DNA from: a bacterium
GTDB taxonomy: Bacteria; Synergistota; GBS-1
NCBI GenBank assembly: GCA_030153785.1
Contig: JASKLF010000007.1
Location: 1 to 64,000 of the forward strand
Reading direction: 5' to 3'
DNA length: 64,000 nucleotides
Part shown: positions 19,923 to 30,263 of the stretch, one piece after another
Position numbering within the stretch: position 1 is the first letter of the stretch
Layout: every line of letters begins with the position of its first letter
Program-made: the position numbers and the translations under genes
Notes under the pieces: generated by a model
Databases searched by the model: none
The model's input: only the letters and a program-made list of their open reading frames with translations
Told to the model about the DNA's origin: nothing

Positions 19923-20840
19923 CTCTGGCTCCTTTTTAAAGCAAATTTCAAAGGCATAAGGGCATCGGGGATGAAACCTACACCCCGAAGGGATATGAGT
20001 TGGACTCGGAACCTCTCCCAATATAGGCTCTCCTCTCTTTTTCGCATCGGGGTCGGGAACGGGAATCGCAGAAAGCAAGGATCTCGTATAAGGGTGAATG
20101 GGATCGTTAAAAAGATCATCGTTACAGGCAATCTCCACTATCCTACCGAGATACATTATAGCCGCCCGGTCGCTCATGAAGCGAACCACACCTAAATCAT
20201 GGGTTATAAAAAGATATGTCAAACCCAGCTCCCTTTGAAGATCCTTAAGGAAATTAAGTATCTGCGCTTGGACCGAAACATCCAAAGCCGATGTGGGTTC
20301 ATCCAAAACCAAAAACTCCGGATTTAGAGCGATCGCCCTTAATATACAAACCCTCTGTCTCTGTCCACCCGAAAGCTCATGAGGGTATCTATACATATGC
20401 TCCTCTCTTAAACCAGCTATCTCAAGAAGAGCGAGAACTCTCTCCTCTATCTCTCTATTAGAAAAACCTCCCTGTAATCTGAAGGGCTCTCCCAAGATAT
20501 CCTTAACCTTCATTCTCGGATTTAAAGATGAAAGAGGGTCCTGGAAAACTATTTGCATCCTCCTTCTCACAGGCCTGAACTCCTTTTCCTTCAATTTCGT
20601 TATATCCACTCCGTTAAAGATTATCCTGCCAAAGGTTGGCTCTATAAGCCTTAGAAGAAGCCTTCCAAACGTGGTCTTGCCACACCCACTTTCTCCCACA
20701 AGGGCAAGCGTCTCCCCTCTCTCTATATTTAAACTCACCCCATCTACCGATCTAACATAGCCATATACTCTTCCAAAGATTCCCTCTTTCAGAGGAAAGT
20801 ATTTCTTCAAATCTTTGACCTCAACAAGAAGCTCCTTCAA
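19827..20840 (-). CDS. Peptide ABC transporter ATP-binding protein (DppF/OppF)
   Basis: GESGCGKT, LSGGQRQR, C-terminal GCRFHPRC. Confidence 0.95.
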   Translation of the reverse strand: MKELLVEVKDLKKYFPLKEGIFGRVYGYVRSVDGVSLNIERGETLALVGESGCGKTTFGRLLLRLIEPTFGRIIFNGVDITKLKEKEFRPVRRRMQIVFQDPLSSLNPRMKVKDILGEPFRLQGGFSNREIEERVLALLEIAGLREEHMYRYPHELSGGQRQRVCILRAIALNPEFLVLDEPTSALDVSVQAQILNFLKDLQRELGLTYLFITHDLGVVRFMSDRAAIMYLGRIVEIACNDDLFNDPIHPYTRSLLSAIPVPDPDAKKRGEPILGEVPSPTHIPSGCRFHPRCPYAFEICFKKEPELEERGNGHFVACHLEKIANDFNSSFKGSSLS

Positions 20841-20857
20841 AGCCCTGCCTCCCCTTT

Positions 20858-21811
20858 TTATAAATAAAGATGACAGAAAACTCTATGGCTTTCGCTCACC
20901 TTAACCTCCTCAGGCGGCACATCAAAGCACGGGGCAAAAGCCTTGTCACACCTTGGATGAAATCTACATCCCGAAGGTGGATTTATAAGGTCCGGCACGG
21001 TCCCAGGAATACTCCTTAGCTTATCAACCTTTCTCTCTATAGTTGGAAGGGAAGCGAGCAATCCTTGGGTATAAGGGTGAAGAGGATTTTTAAATATCTC
21101 TTTAATGCTCCCACACTCCACTACTTTACCCGCATACATGACACAAACTCTATCACAAAATTCAGCAACAACTCCAAGATCGTGAGTTATCAACCATATG
21201 GAAAGGCCGAGCTTATCTTTCATCTCTTTAAGTAGATTTAATATTTGAGCTTGTGTAGTTACATCCAAAGCGGTGGTTGGCTCATCAGCTATCAACAACC
21301 TGGGGTTAGAAGCAACCATCATGGCTATCATTACTCTTTGTCTCATACCGCCTGAAAGCTCAAAGGGATAAGAGTTTACCACACGCTCCGGTGAAGGCAT
21401 CCTAACAAGCTTAAGAAGTTCCACAATTTTCTCTCTTTCGCCATTACCTTCCCCCTTTAAAACTTCTGCAATCTGCTCTCCTACCTTCATAAGAGGGTTA
21501 AGCGAAGCCATGGGGTCCTGAAATATCATGGATATCTTGTTTCCCCTTAACTTTTGCATCTCATCCTCTGAAAGCTTTAAAAGATCCCTACCTTCAAACA
21601 GGATCTCTCCATCAAGGATCTCCCCCGGAGGGTCAAGTAACCTCATCACCGACAAGGCAGTAACGCTTTTACCGCAACCGGTTTCTCCCACCAATCCAAA
21701 GGACTCTCCCTCTTTCACATAAAAACTCACCCCATCAACCGCTCTAACTACCCCATCATAGGTATAGAAATAGCTTTTAAGATTTTTAACCTCCAGCAGT
21801 AGTCCACTCAT
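20858..21811 (-). CDS. Peptide ABC transporter ATP-binding protein (DppD/OppD)
   Basis: [30 protein letters not shown]. Confidence 0.95.
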   Translation of the reverse strand: MSGLLLEVKNLKSYFYTYDGVVRAVDGVSFYVKEGESFGLVGETGCGKSVTALSVMRLLDPPGEILDGEILFEGRDLLKLSEDEMQKLRGNKISMIFQDPMASLNPLMKVGEQIAEVLKGEGNGEREKIVELLKLVRMPSPERVVNSYPFELSGGMRQRVMIAMMVASNPRLLIADEPTTALDVTTQAQILNLLKEMKDKLGLSIWLITHDLGVVAEFCDRVCVMYAGKVVECGSIKEIFKNPLHPYTQGLLASLPTIERKVDKLRSIPGTVPDLINPPSGCRFHPRCDKAFAPCFDVPPEEVKVSESHRVFCHLYL

Positions 21812-22662
21812 AGCAGTTTCCTTCTCACCCTTGGATCTAAAAGGTCTCTTAAGCCATCACCCAGGAGGTTAAATCCTAAAACCATTATAAGTATCGTTAA
21901 ACCGGGAAATAGAGAAACCCATGGATAATCTCTGAGATAACCTCTACCAATGCTAACCATTGAACCTAACTCGGGCTGAGGAGGCTGTGCTCCCAAGCCG
22001 ATAAAGCTCAACGCGGCGGCTTCCAATATAACGTTTCCCATATCCAAGGTAGCCTGAACAATGATGGGAGCTATAACGTTGGGCAAAACGTGCTTAAATA
22101 TTATATAAATATTGCTGGCTCCAAGGGCACGAGCGGCTTCAATGTAGCTCATCTCCCTGATAGAAAGGGTTACCCCCCTCGAAAGCCTTGCATAAACAGG
22201 CCACCAAGTTACAGAAATGGCTATTATGGAGTTAAAGATTCCAGGGCCTAATGCAGCAGCTATTGCCATAGCCAGAAGAAGATACGGAAAGGACAAAAAC
22301 ACATCGGCAAGCCTCATTATAATTTCATCGATTAAGCCTCCGTAATACCCCGCTATTACCCCCAAAAGGGTTCCAAATACGCTTACCATAACTATAACAA
22401 CGATAGCTATGGTGAGATCGAGCCTTATTCCATAAAGAATACGGCTAAAGATATCCATTCCGTTATCGTCGGTCCCAAGAAAATGTTCCCCGGAAGGAGG
22501 CATAAGGCGATCGGAAAAAACCATATCTTCGGGATCGTAAGTAGCAAAAAGAGGGGCGAAAACGCCAAGAAGGGTTACAACGCCAACTATGAGAAAGCCA
22601 AACATTATAAGAGGGTTTCGCCTCAAGAGGAACCATGTATACCCAAGCTCACTTCTTTTCAT
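21808..22662 (-). CDS. Peptide ABC transporter permease (DppC/OppC)
   Basis: HFLGTDDNG, YIEAARALGA, LGDGLRDLLDP. Confidence 0.95.
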   Translation of the reverse strand: MKRSELGYTWFLLRRNPLIMFGFLIVGVVTLLGVFAPLFATYDPEDMVFSDRLMPPSGEHFLGTDDNGMDIFSRILYGIRLDLTIAIVVIVMVSVFGTLLGVIAGYYGGLIDEIIMRLADVFLSFPYLLLAMAIAAALGPGIFNSIIAISVTWWPVYARLSRGVTLSIREMSYIEAARALGASNIYIIFKHVLPNVIAPIIVQATLDMGNVILEAAALSFIGLGAQPPQPELGSMVSIGRGYLRDYPWVSLFPGLTILIMVLGFNLLGDGLRDLLDPRVRRKLL

Positions 22663-23681
22663 TCGCCCTTCCCCAGCCTTATTCTCGGATCTATTATTAC
22701 ATAGGCGATATCTACTAAAAGGTTAACAAACACATAAACCAGCGTGGTTAATATGACCACCCCTAAAACCGCAGGAAAGTCTACATTGGTCATAGCCTCG
22801 ACGGCATACCTTCCAAGGCCTGGCCATCCAAAGATGGTTTCCGTAAGCACCGCACCAGCAAGAAGGTATCCGAACTCATATCCTATAAAGGTTATTGGGG
22901 CTATCAAGGCATTGCGCAAAGCATGCCTAAGTATTATCCGACGAAAAGGCAACCCCTTTGCCTTGGCTGTTTTTATAAACTCCGCTCCTATCACCTCAAG
23001 CATGGAAGACCTTGTTATTCTTGCGGTCATGCCAGTAGTTGCATAAGCCAAGGTTACGGCGGGAAGTATTATATGCTCAATGCTGTTTATGAAAGCGTCC
23101 CACCTTCCCGTAAAAAGGCTATCAAGGATATAAAGGCCGGTAATGGTGGGAGGAGGAGTTATATAAGGATCAAGCCTCCCAGGGCCGGGGAGAACACCCA
23201 GCTTGAAGTAAAAAATCAAAAGCAAAATCAGTCCTAACCAGTAAACGGGCATAGAAACTCCACTTAACGCAAATATTCTGATAATATGGTCCAAGATAGA
23301 GTTCCTTTTAACAGCGGAGACCACACCGAAGAGGATTCCCAAAGGAACCATTATAAACATACTCACCAAGGTAAGCTCCAGGGTAGCCGGAAAGAAGGTC
23401 AAAAGGTCATCAAGAACGGGTCTTCTCGTTAAAATAGACCTCCCTAAATCCCCCTTAGCAAGCCTTCCAAGATATTTAAAGTATTGAACATACAGAGGCT
23501 CATCTAAACCAAGCTCTTGCCTGATATGCTCAAGCTGTTCTCCCGTAGCACGAGGCCCAGCAATAAGTCTCGCAGGATTACTCGGAACCAAATACATCAG
23601 AAAGAAAGTTATAGTGACCGTGCCAAGAAGAACGGGAATGAGAAGAAAAAGCCTCCTTATTATGTAGTGGTGAAGCTTCAA
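22659..23681 (-). CDS. Peptide ABC transporter permease (DppB/OppB)
   Basis: GDLGRS, TAKAKGL, HALRNA, DPRI. Confidence 0.95.
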   Translation of the reverse strand: MKLHHYIIRRLFLLIPVLLGTVTITFFLMYLVPSNPARLIAGPRATGEQLEHIRQELGLDEPLYVQYFKYLGRLAKGDLGRSILTRRPVLDDLLTFFPATLELTLVSMFIMVPLGILFGVVSAVKRNSILDHIIRIFALSGVSMPVYWLGLILLLIFYFKLGVLPGPGRLDPYITPPPTITGLYILDSLFTGRWDAFINSIEHIILPAVTLAYATTGMTARITRSSMLEVIGAEFIKTAKAKGLPFRRIILRHALRNALIAPITFIGYEFGYLLAGAVLTETIFGWPGLGRYAVEAMTNVDFPAVLGVVILTTLVYVFVNLLVDIAYVIIDPRIRLGKGE

Positions 23682-23712
23682 AGCCCCCTGATCACCTCAC
23701 AAGAACAGGGAC

Positions 23713-23743
23713 AGAAAGGGAGGCTTTCCATGCCTCCCCTTCT
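23713..23743 (-). terminator. Intercistronic stem-loop after the SBP gene
   Basis: Minus strand reads AGAAGGGGAGGC-ATGGAAA-GCCTCCCTTTCT. Confidence 0.6.
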
Positions 23744-23744
23744 A

Positions 23745-25316
23745 TTACCTATATAGGTCATAGAAACATGGAGTTTCATAATAAATGGGATTTAACACAT
23801 AACCCTTTATCGAATCCCTTATCGAAACTATCTGAAGCCTTTCGGCACACCAGATGGCAGGGCAATCTTCCATTATAATCTTGACAGCCTTGGAAAAAAG
23901 CTCCTTCCTCTTGGCTTCATCAGTCATATATCTTGCCTCATCAAGAAGCCTGTCAACTTCAGGGTTAGAATAGTAAGACTCGTTAAAGCCCTTGTCTCCC
24001 CACATGGAAGAATGATACTGGTAATACAAGAAGTCTTCCGCATCGGCATAATCGGCATACCAGTGAGTATCGAAAATTTGTGGTGCCTCCTCTTCCTTAG
24101 CCATCTTTGCCCATATAGTGGTCCAGGACAAAAACTGGATATTAACCTTTATCCCGAGCTCCTTAACGCTTTGTTGAAATACCAAGGCAGCTTGCTTATG
24201 AATGTGTCCTCCCGTTTCCACTATAAAATCCAAAGTAAAACCGCCGTTAGGATAGCCGGCCTCGGCAAGCAGCTTTTTAGCCTTCTCTATATCCCTCTTA
24301 TAATGGGGATAGCTCTCATCGTAATTCCAAAGAGAGCTCGGAACGGGCCCCCTAAGCCTCTTAACAAAGCCACGCATCGCATCGTTTACGAAAGCGTCAT
24401 AATCGAAGGCATAAGCTAAAGCCTTCCTAACCCTCACATCCTGCAGAGGACCCTTCTTAACGTTAAATCCTATGTAGAATATCGTTAGGGAGGGCTGTGT
24501 CAAAACGCTTATCCCTTTCTGATCCTTGATCTTAAGTAGGTCATCCTCAGAAATCCTAAAGGCTATATCTACATCTCCCTTTTCAAGAAGGAGTCTTCTT
24601 TCGGAAGGTTCCTTTACAGTTCTTATTATCGCCATCTCAAACTGATTATCCTTCCATCCTCTAAAATAATCGGGGTTTTTAACCAAAACTATCTGCTGTT
24701 CATGAACCCATCTCTCAAGCTTATAGGGACCTGAACCCGCAACCTTGTCATGAAGCCAATCTAAAGCCCAAGGGTCCTTTTCGGTGGCATGAGATTTAAC
24801 CAGCTTGCTGTTTACTATGGAAGCCCCCGACTGGGCCAGCAAGGTCAAAAACCATGGTGTAGCATGCTTAAGCGTAAATTTAACCGTGTATTTATCAAGA
24901 ACCTCAATGCCATCAATTACCTCCTTAAGCTGAGATCCCGGACCTTTATCAACGCCTATGGTTCTTTCGATTGAATATTTCACATCTTCAGCGGTAAGCT
25001 CTGTACCGTCATGAAATTTAACCCCCTTAACAAGGTAAAAAATATAGGTTTTGCCCTCGTCCTTCACCTCCCACCTTTCAGCAAGCTCTCCTTTAACATC
25101 TTTTGCGCTTTCTCCATCCATCACCACAAGAGTGTTATAACAATTCCTTATGACAAGCTGAGCTTTAGGCTCCCAAGCAACCGCAGGGTCAAGCGTCGTT
25201 GGATCTTCAGGTGTAGCAACTATAACTATTTTAGAACGGTCAACGGCTAAAGCTTGACCAGAAAGAAAAGCTCCCAAAATAACGAAAAACAAAAAAACCC
25301 AGGCTCTCCCTTTCAA
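23745..25316 (-). CDS. Peptide ABC transporter substrate-binding protein (SBP family 5)
   Basis: TLDPA, VKFHDGTELTAEDVKYS, GSGPY, VRKALAYA. Start refined to TTG 25316 behind GGAGGTG, which gives a clean signal peptide. Confidence 0.93.
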   Translation of the reverse strand: MKGRAWVFLFFVILGAFLSGQALAVDRSKIVIVATPEDPTTLDPAVAWEPKAQLVIRNCYNTLVVMDGESAKDVKGELAERWEVKDEGKTYIFYLVKGVKFHDGTELTAEDVKYSIERTIGVDKGPGSQLKEVIDGIEVLDKYTVKFTLKHATPWFLTLLAQSGASIVNSKLVKSHATEKDPWALDWLHDKVAGSGPYKLERWVHEQQIVLVKNPDYFRGWKDNQFEMAIIRTVKEPSERRLLLEKGDVDIAFRISEDDLLKIKDQKGISVLTQPSLTIFYIGFNVKKGPLQDVRVRKALAYAFDYDAFVNDAMRGFVKRLRGPVPSSLWNYDESYPHYKRDIEKAKKLLAEAGYPNGGFTLDFIVETGGHIHKQAALVFQQSVKELGIKVNIQFLSWTTIWAKMAKEEEAPQIFDTHWYADYADAEDFLYYQYHSSMWGDKGFNESYYSNPEVDRLLDEARYMTDEAKRKELFSKAVKIIMEDCPAIWCAERLQIVSIRDSIKGYVLNPIYYETPCFYDLYR

Positions 25317-25378
25317 GACTAACACCTCCTTAAGAGCTTTAAACAAAGATATTATATAATAAAAAGGGGGTGAAGGAA

Positions 25379-26983
25379 ATGAATTTTAACCCGTCATCTT
25401 ATAGATACCCTTCAAGAAGAAGCCTGGTTTACGCCAATAAGGGAATTGTCGCAACCTCGGTTCCTTTGGCAGCACAAGCGGGACTCGAAATGCTGAGGGA
25501 AGGTGGAAACGCTATAGATGCAGCAATAGCTACAGCTATATGTCTAACGGTCGTTGAACCTACAAGCAACGGTATAGGCGGTGACGCCTTCGCAATAATA
25601 TATCACAAAGGGAAGCTTCATGGGCTGAATTCGAGTGGTTTCGCTCCAAGGTTGCTTTCGGCAGAAAGGCTTCGAGAGCAAGGGCTCAAAAGAATGCCAA
25701 AGTACGGCTTTCCTCCGGTCACAGTCCCTGGAGCACCAGCAGCATGGGCTTACCTATCAAGGAAGTTCGGGAAGCTTCCCTTCAAGAAGCTGTTCGAACC
25801 GGCCACCAACTACGCCGAAGGGGGGTTCCCAATATCGGTAACTGTATCGAAACTGTGGAAGAGATCTTTTGAAACATACTCAAAACTGTCTGGAGAAGAA
25901 TTTTCCTTTTGGTTCAAAACCTTCTGTCCAAAGGGATATCCACCGGAACCAGGAGATATAGTCACCCTTAAAGACCATGCAAAAACCCTAAAAGCCATGG
26001 CAGAAAGCTATTGTGAAGATTTCTATCAAGGAGAGCTTGCCGAAAAGATAGATATCTTCTCTCGAAGGTATGGAGGATATATAAGAAAGGAAGATCTGTC
26101 CGCCTTTAAACCCGAAGAGGTAAACCCGTTAAAAATTAACTATAAAGGATATGAGGTATTTGAACTCCCTCCGAACTCTCAAGGGATAGTGGTACTGCTG
26201 GCTTTAGGAATCTTATCGGAAATTAGAATGCCACCACCTGATACTCCAGAATCCTTGCACCTTCAAATAGAATCCATAAAACTAGCTTTCGAAGACGCCT
26301 TCACCTATATATCTGACCCGAGGTTCAGGGAAATTCCAATAGAAGAGCTACTAAGCGAAGAAAGGCTCGAAAGAAGGAGGGCTCTAATAGGTAAAGAAGC
26401 TTATGTCCCTAAAGTAGATATGGTCAAAGAGTTCGGCACCGTTTACTTAGCAACAGCTGACAAAGAGGGAAACATGGTTTCCTTTATACAGAGCAACTTC
26501 ACAGGATTCGGGTCAGGTTTGGTGGTCCCCGAAACAGGAATAGCGCTTCACAATAGAGGCTACAGCTTCAGCTTAGACCCACAAAGCCCTAATTTCTTGG
26601 AACCAGGGAAAAGACCCTATCACACGATAATACCGGGATTTTTAATGAAAGATGGAAAGCCAATCGGTCCCTTCGGAGTAATGGGAGCCTTTATGCAACC
26701 CCAAGGGCACTTGCAGGTTCTCTGCAGGATAATAGATTGGAATATGAATCCCCAAGAAGCCTTAGACGGCCCAAGATGGCAATGGAGGGGAGAAAAACTC
26801 GTACACCTTGAAAAAGGATTTTCAAATGAAATCTTAGAATCCCTGAGGAAGATGGGGCATGAAGCTACCTTCAGCGACGATGTTGACTCCTTTGGAAGAG
26901 GACAACTTATCTTTAAACTCGAAAACGGAGCACTCGTGGGGGCAACAGAACCCAGAACCGACGGATATGTAGCCTCCTTCTAA
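25379..26983 (+). CDS. Gamma-glutamyltransferase family Ntn hydrolase
   Basis: GGNAIDAA, PTSNGIGGD, nucleophile Thr in GTVYLATAD, PGKRPYHTIIP, GAFMQPQG. ATG 25379 follows a GGGGTGA SD. Confidence 0.93.
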   Translation: MNFNPSSYRYPSRRSLVYANKGIVATSVPLAAQAGLEMLREGGNAIDAAIATAICLTVVEPTSNGIGGDAFAIIYHKGKLHGLNSSGFAPRLLSAERLREQGLKRMPKYGFPPVTVPGAPAAWAYLSRKFGKLPFKKLFEPATNYAEGGFPISVTVSKLWKRSFETYSKLSGEEFSFWFKTFCPKGYPPEPGDIVTLKDHAKTLKAMAESYCEDFYQGELAEKIDIFSRRYGGYIRKEDLSAFKPEEVNPLKINYKGYEVFELPPNSQGIVVLLALGILSEIRMPPPDTPESLHLQIESIKLAFEDAFTYISDPRFREIPIEELLSEERLERRRALIGKEAYVPKVDMVKEFGTVYLATADKEGNMVSFIQSNFTGFGSGLVVPETGIALHNRGYSFSLDPQSPNFLEPGKRPYHTIIPGFLMKDGKPIGPFGVMGAFMQPQGHLQVLCRIIDWNMNPQEALDGPRWQWRGEKLVHLEKGFSNEILESLRKMGHEATFSDDVDSFGRGQLIFKLENGALVGATEPRTDGYVASF

Positions 26984-27026
26984 AAGATGCATCAGCGAGA
27001 AAAGGGAAGCCAAAGAAAACACGGAG

Positions 27027-27752
27027 CTAAGCGTTAAAACTCCATCCATATAGATCTCTATGGAAGCGGGTGGGAATTTCCATCCCGAGAGAGTTTAAGA
27101 TGGCTAAGTTTACAGCTTCACTCTGAGGTATCTTCCAAAACTCAAATCCATCAGGTTCTCCGCATACATCAACCCCTATGATCTTCTCCCTCGGGATCGC
27201 CCTAACCAATCTTAAAAGGATATCTAAGGATAGCCATCCTTTACCCCAACGAGCAATGGAAACGTCAAGGATATCCTTATCTATGCTTATATAAACCCAT
27301 TTATCTTCCAGAAACTTAAGCAACCCTGACGGATCGGGAGTGAGAAGATGCAACTTCCCTCTTCCTCCCCCGATCATGTATATGAAACCAACCTTAAGCA
27401 AATTCCTGAGACCAAATGCGAAGTTTAACCAAGAATCGCACCTTACAAAATCGCTCCCCTTCTTAAGTCCGTCAAAATGCTTATCAAAAAGAAGCAATAC
27501 AAATGGCACTTTAATCCTTCTTAAGAAGACCAAAGATAGATGATGATACTTCCCTCCGCCGATAAAAGCGATAGTTTTATCTCTATGTGGAATCAGTTTA
27601 TCTAATTCGTCAAGCTTGGCGAAAGAAGTCATAAACCTGATTCCCTCAGACCCCTCGAAGTCCAGGATCTCCCCCAATGAGGATAAATCCTTCTGTAACT
27701 TATATACCCCATCAAAATCGAGGATGAGGATGGAAAACGAGCCTTGCATCAT
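27027..27752 (-). CDS. Arginase/ureohydrolase-fold protein of unknown substrate
   Basis: GGGKYHHLS, FDKHFD, YISIDKD, GVDVCGE. Start refined to ATG 27752 behind GAGGTGA. Confidence 0.7.
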   Translation of the reverse strand: MMQGSFSILILDFDGVYKLQKDLSSLGEILDFEGSEGIRFMTSFAKLDELDKLIPHRDKTIAFIGGGKYHHLSLVFLRRIKVPFVLLLFDKHFDGLKKGSDFVRCDSWLNFAFGLRNLLKVGFIYMIGGGRGKLHLLTPDPSGLLKFLEDKWVYISIDKDILDVSIARWGKGWLSLDILLRLVRAIPREKIIGVDVCGEPDGFEFWKIPQSEAVNLAILNSLGMEIPTRFHRDLYGWSFNA

Positions 27753-28061
27753 AACATCCTCACCTCTAAAAATAATTATAGCTAATCCCTTTAGAGGCCA
27801 AAAAACCTGTTTTAATGTCCCTTTGGAAGGGAAGAAAGCTCCAGCTACAATTGACTTGAGGGAAACACCCATCCAAATCTTCGTACCCTTGTGATAAACT
27901 GTAATTGCTCTTTCGAAAGGACTTTTAAAGATTATAAACCCAATCGAATAGCAAAGCAATACGAAATATGTGGTATCTTAATTTCAAGCACCGCGGGAAG
28001 CGTATAACCCGATGTCAGCTCAAAAAATCGAAAATGAAAACTCAAAAGGAGGCAGTCAGGT

Positions 28062-29363
28062 CTGAAGGTTCTCTTGGTAAGCACCTATGATACCCTCGGG
28101 GGAGCGGCAAAGGCAACATACAGGCTACATAGAGCCCTTTTATCTATCGGGGTAGAAAGCTTAATGCTCGTTAAGAGAAAGCTCAGCGATGACCCTACAG
28201 TTATAGGTCATGAGGAGAAGAAGGAACAACCACCGGAGAGGTTGATAAAATCCTTCTTAGACAAGGCCCCTATCCTCATACACGAGCTTGTTAAAAAGAA
28301 AAGGCTCGATAAACCATTTAGTATAGAATGGATGCCATCTCTTCAAATGCTAAACCTGATAAAGGAAATCAACCCCGATATCGTTCACTTAAACTGGATA
28401 TGTAACGGAGCGCTTTCCATAGAAGATATATCCTCTATTAAAAAGCCCATGGTATGGACTTTGCACGACATGTGGCCATTTACAGGAGGATGCCATTACA
28501 GCGAAAACTGCAACAGATACGAAGATAACTGCGGGAAATGCAAGATAATTTCAAGTGGCGAGGAAAGGGATTTAAGCCGATTTATTTGGTCAAGAAAGAA
28601 AAAAAGCCTTTCAAAAATAGCAAACTTAACCATAGTAGGAGTAAGTAGATGGATAGCTGACTGTGCAAGAAGAAGCTCCATCTTTAAAGGTAGAACCATA
28701 CTGAACATTCCCAATCCGGTAAGAACAGACGTTTTTAAACCTTCCCGCAAAGTTGAGGCGAGAAGATTCTTCGGTTTCCCTGAAGATAAAAAACTAATCC
28801 TCTTTGGTGCCTTCAACGCGATGAAGGATAGGCGAAAAGGATTTTACGAATTAACTAAAGCCCTCCATAAGATAAAAAGAGAGGACGTAGAACTTGTGGT
28901 CTTCGGAATCTCGGAATCTAAAAGCTTACCAAATTTTGGATTTAAAACTCACTACATGAGAGAAATAAAGGATGAGCAAATATTGGCCATGCTATACTGT
29001 GCAGGAGATGTTATGGTGGTACCAAGCTTACAAGAATCATTCGGGCAAACAGCCGCTGAGGCTTTATCCTGTGGGACTCCCGTGGTAGCCTTCGGATGCA
29101 CGGGGTTGCTTGATATTGTAGACCATAAAATCAATGGATACCTCGCTAAACCCTATGATACCGATGACTTAAAACGAGGTATAGAATGGATATTGAACGC
29201 ACAAAGCTACGAAGAGCTTTCTAAAAGAGCGCGTCAAAAGGTGGTCGAAGAATTCGATAGCAAAGTAGTGGCTAAAAGGTTTGCCAGACTTTACCAGGAA
29301 ATACTGAACCCTAGGGGTTTACCAAGCATGCATAACTCCAATTGTTCCCATGTGGGGCTTTAA
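28062..29363 (+). CDS. GT4 glycosyltransferase (WcaC-like)
   Basis: GGAAKATYRLH, WTLHDMWPFTGGCH, ESFGQTAAEA. Probable CTG start at 28062 (see findings); the ORF track starts it at TTG 28074. Confidence 0.9.
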   Translation: MKVLLVSTYDTLGGAAKATYRLHRALLSIGVESLMLVKRKLSDDPTVIGHEEKKEQPPERLIKSFLDKAPILIHELVKKKRLDKPFSIEWMPSLQMLNLIKEINPDIVHLNWICNGALSIEDISSIKKPMVWTLHDMWPFTGGCHYSENCNRYEDNCGKCKIISSGEERDLSRFIWSRKKKSLSKIANLTIVGVSRWIADCARRSSIFKGRTILNIPNPVRTDVFKPSRKVEARRFFGFPEDKKLILFGAFNAMKDRRKGFYELTKALHKIKREDVELVVFGISESKSLPNFGFKTHYMREIKDEQILAMLYCAGDVMVVPSLQESFGQTAAEALSCGTPVVAFGCTGLLDIVDHKINGYLAKPYDTDDLKRGIEWILNAQSYEELSKRARQKVVEEFDSKVVAKRFARLYQEILNPRGLPSMHNSNCSHVGL

Positions 29364-30227
29364 CTTTATCTTATATTTCAAGCCAAAACCTTCAACGATC
29401 TTGGGTATTTCGATATAATCATCGGGAAGGTGATAGGTACATATAGAGAGGCGCGGTTTAAAACGACGAACAACCTCAGAAGCGCCCAAAAGTAATTTCT
29501 TTTCGTAGCCCTCCACATCTGCCTTTATAAAAGATACCGGAGGCAAAAGTCCATTTTTAAAAAGTCCATCGATGGAAACCACCTTTAACCTTAATCTTTC
29601 ATATTCCAACCACCCTTCATGCCAATGTTTCACCTTATCCTCAGAAAAGGTGCTACTCATAACCCCATCTTTAAAAAGAAACATCTCTAACTCCTCATCC
29701 TTTTCACCCAGTCCAAAGGCGAAAACCTTTGCTCTTCCCTCCCTTATATAACTCTGAAGGGTTTTCTTCAAAGCCTCTGCAAGTTCGGGGATAGGTTCAA
29801 AGGCAATAACCTTGGCTCCCTTTCTTAAAGCATATAGCGAAAAAAAACCCTCACAAGCCCCGGCATCGATCACCCAATCCCCCGGTCGAACAAGACATCT
29901 TCCTCCTTCATAGACCTTCTCTATGAAGATTTCCCGGTAGGCCACCGGTAACCCGCCATGAAAATCAACCGAAGATGGAAGATAGAGGTTGATATCCCCT
30001 ACCTGATAAAGGGAAAAACCATCTTCCTCCCCAAGAATCCGTATTGAAGGCGGATCTAAGTCTCTTTGGGCCTGAAAGGGGAGGGCCTCTTTTAATACAT
30101 CTTTCCAATCGACATAATCCGCCATGTAAAATGCCCTTCTAATAAGGCCAAACTTAAACCTTTGGGAGAACCTTCTTGCTAAGTCTATCCCCGTCACCCC
30201 CATTGGAATTAGCATAAAGCCTTGCAA
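29319..30227 (-). CDS. FkbM-family SAM-dependent methyltransferase
   Basis: VIDAGACEGFFS, AFEP, FIKADVEGYE, LSICTYH. Start uncertain. Confidence 0.88.
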   Translation of the reverse strand: MQGFMLIPMGVTGIDLARRFSQRFKFGLIRRAFYMADYVDWKDVLKEALPFQAQRDLDPPSIRILGEEDGFSLYQVGDINLYLPSSVDFHGGLPVAYREIFIEKVYEGGRCLVRPGDWVIDAGACEGFFSLYALRKGAKVIAFEPIPELAEALKKTLQSYIREGRAKVFAFGLGEKDEELEMFLFKDGVMSSTFSEDKVKHWHEGWLEYERLRLKVVSIDGLFKNGLLPPVSFIKADVEGYEKKLLLGASEVVRRFKPRLSICTYHLPDDYIEIPKIVEGFGLKYKIKLKPHMGTIGVMHAW

Positions 30228-30263
30228 AGAATGCCAAGCGACATAAGAGGCAACCCTGTCTTT

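Noticed and set aside
27753..27959. N-terminal 69 aa of the arginase-like ORF
   Set aside because: No SD at 27959, a good SD before ATG 27752, and the extension crosses the divergent promoter region.
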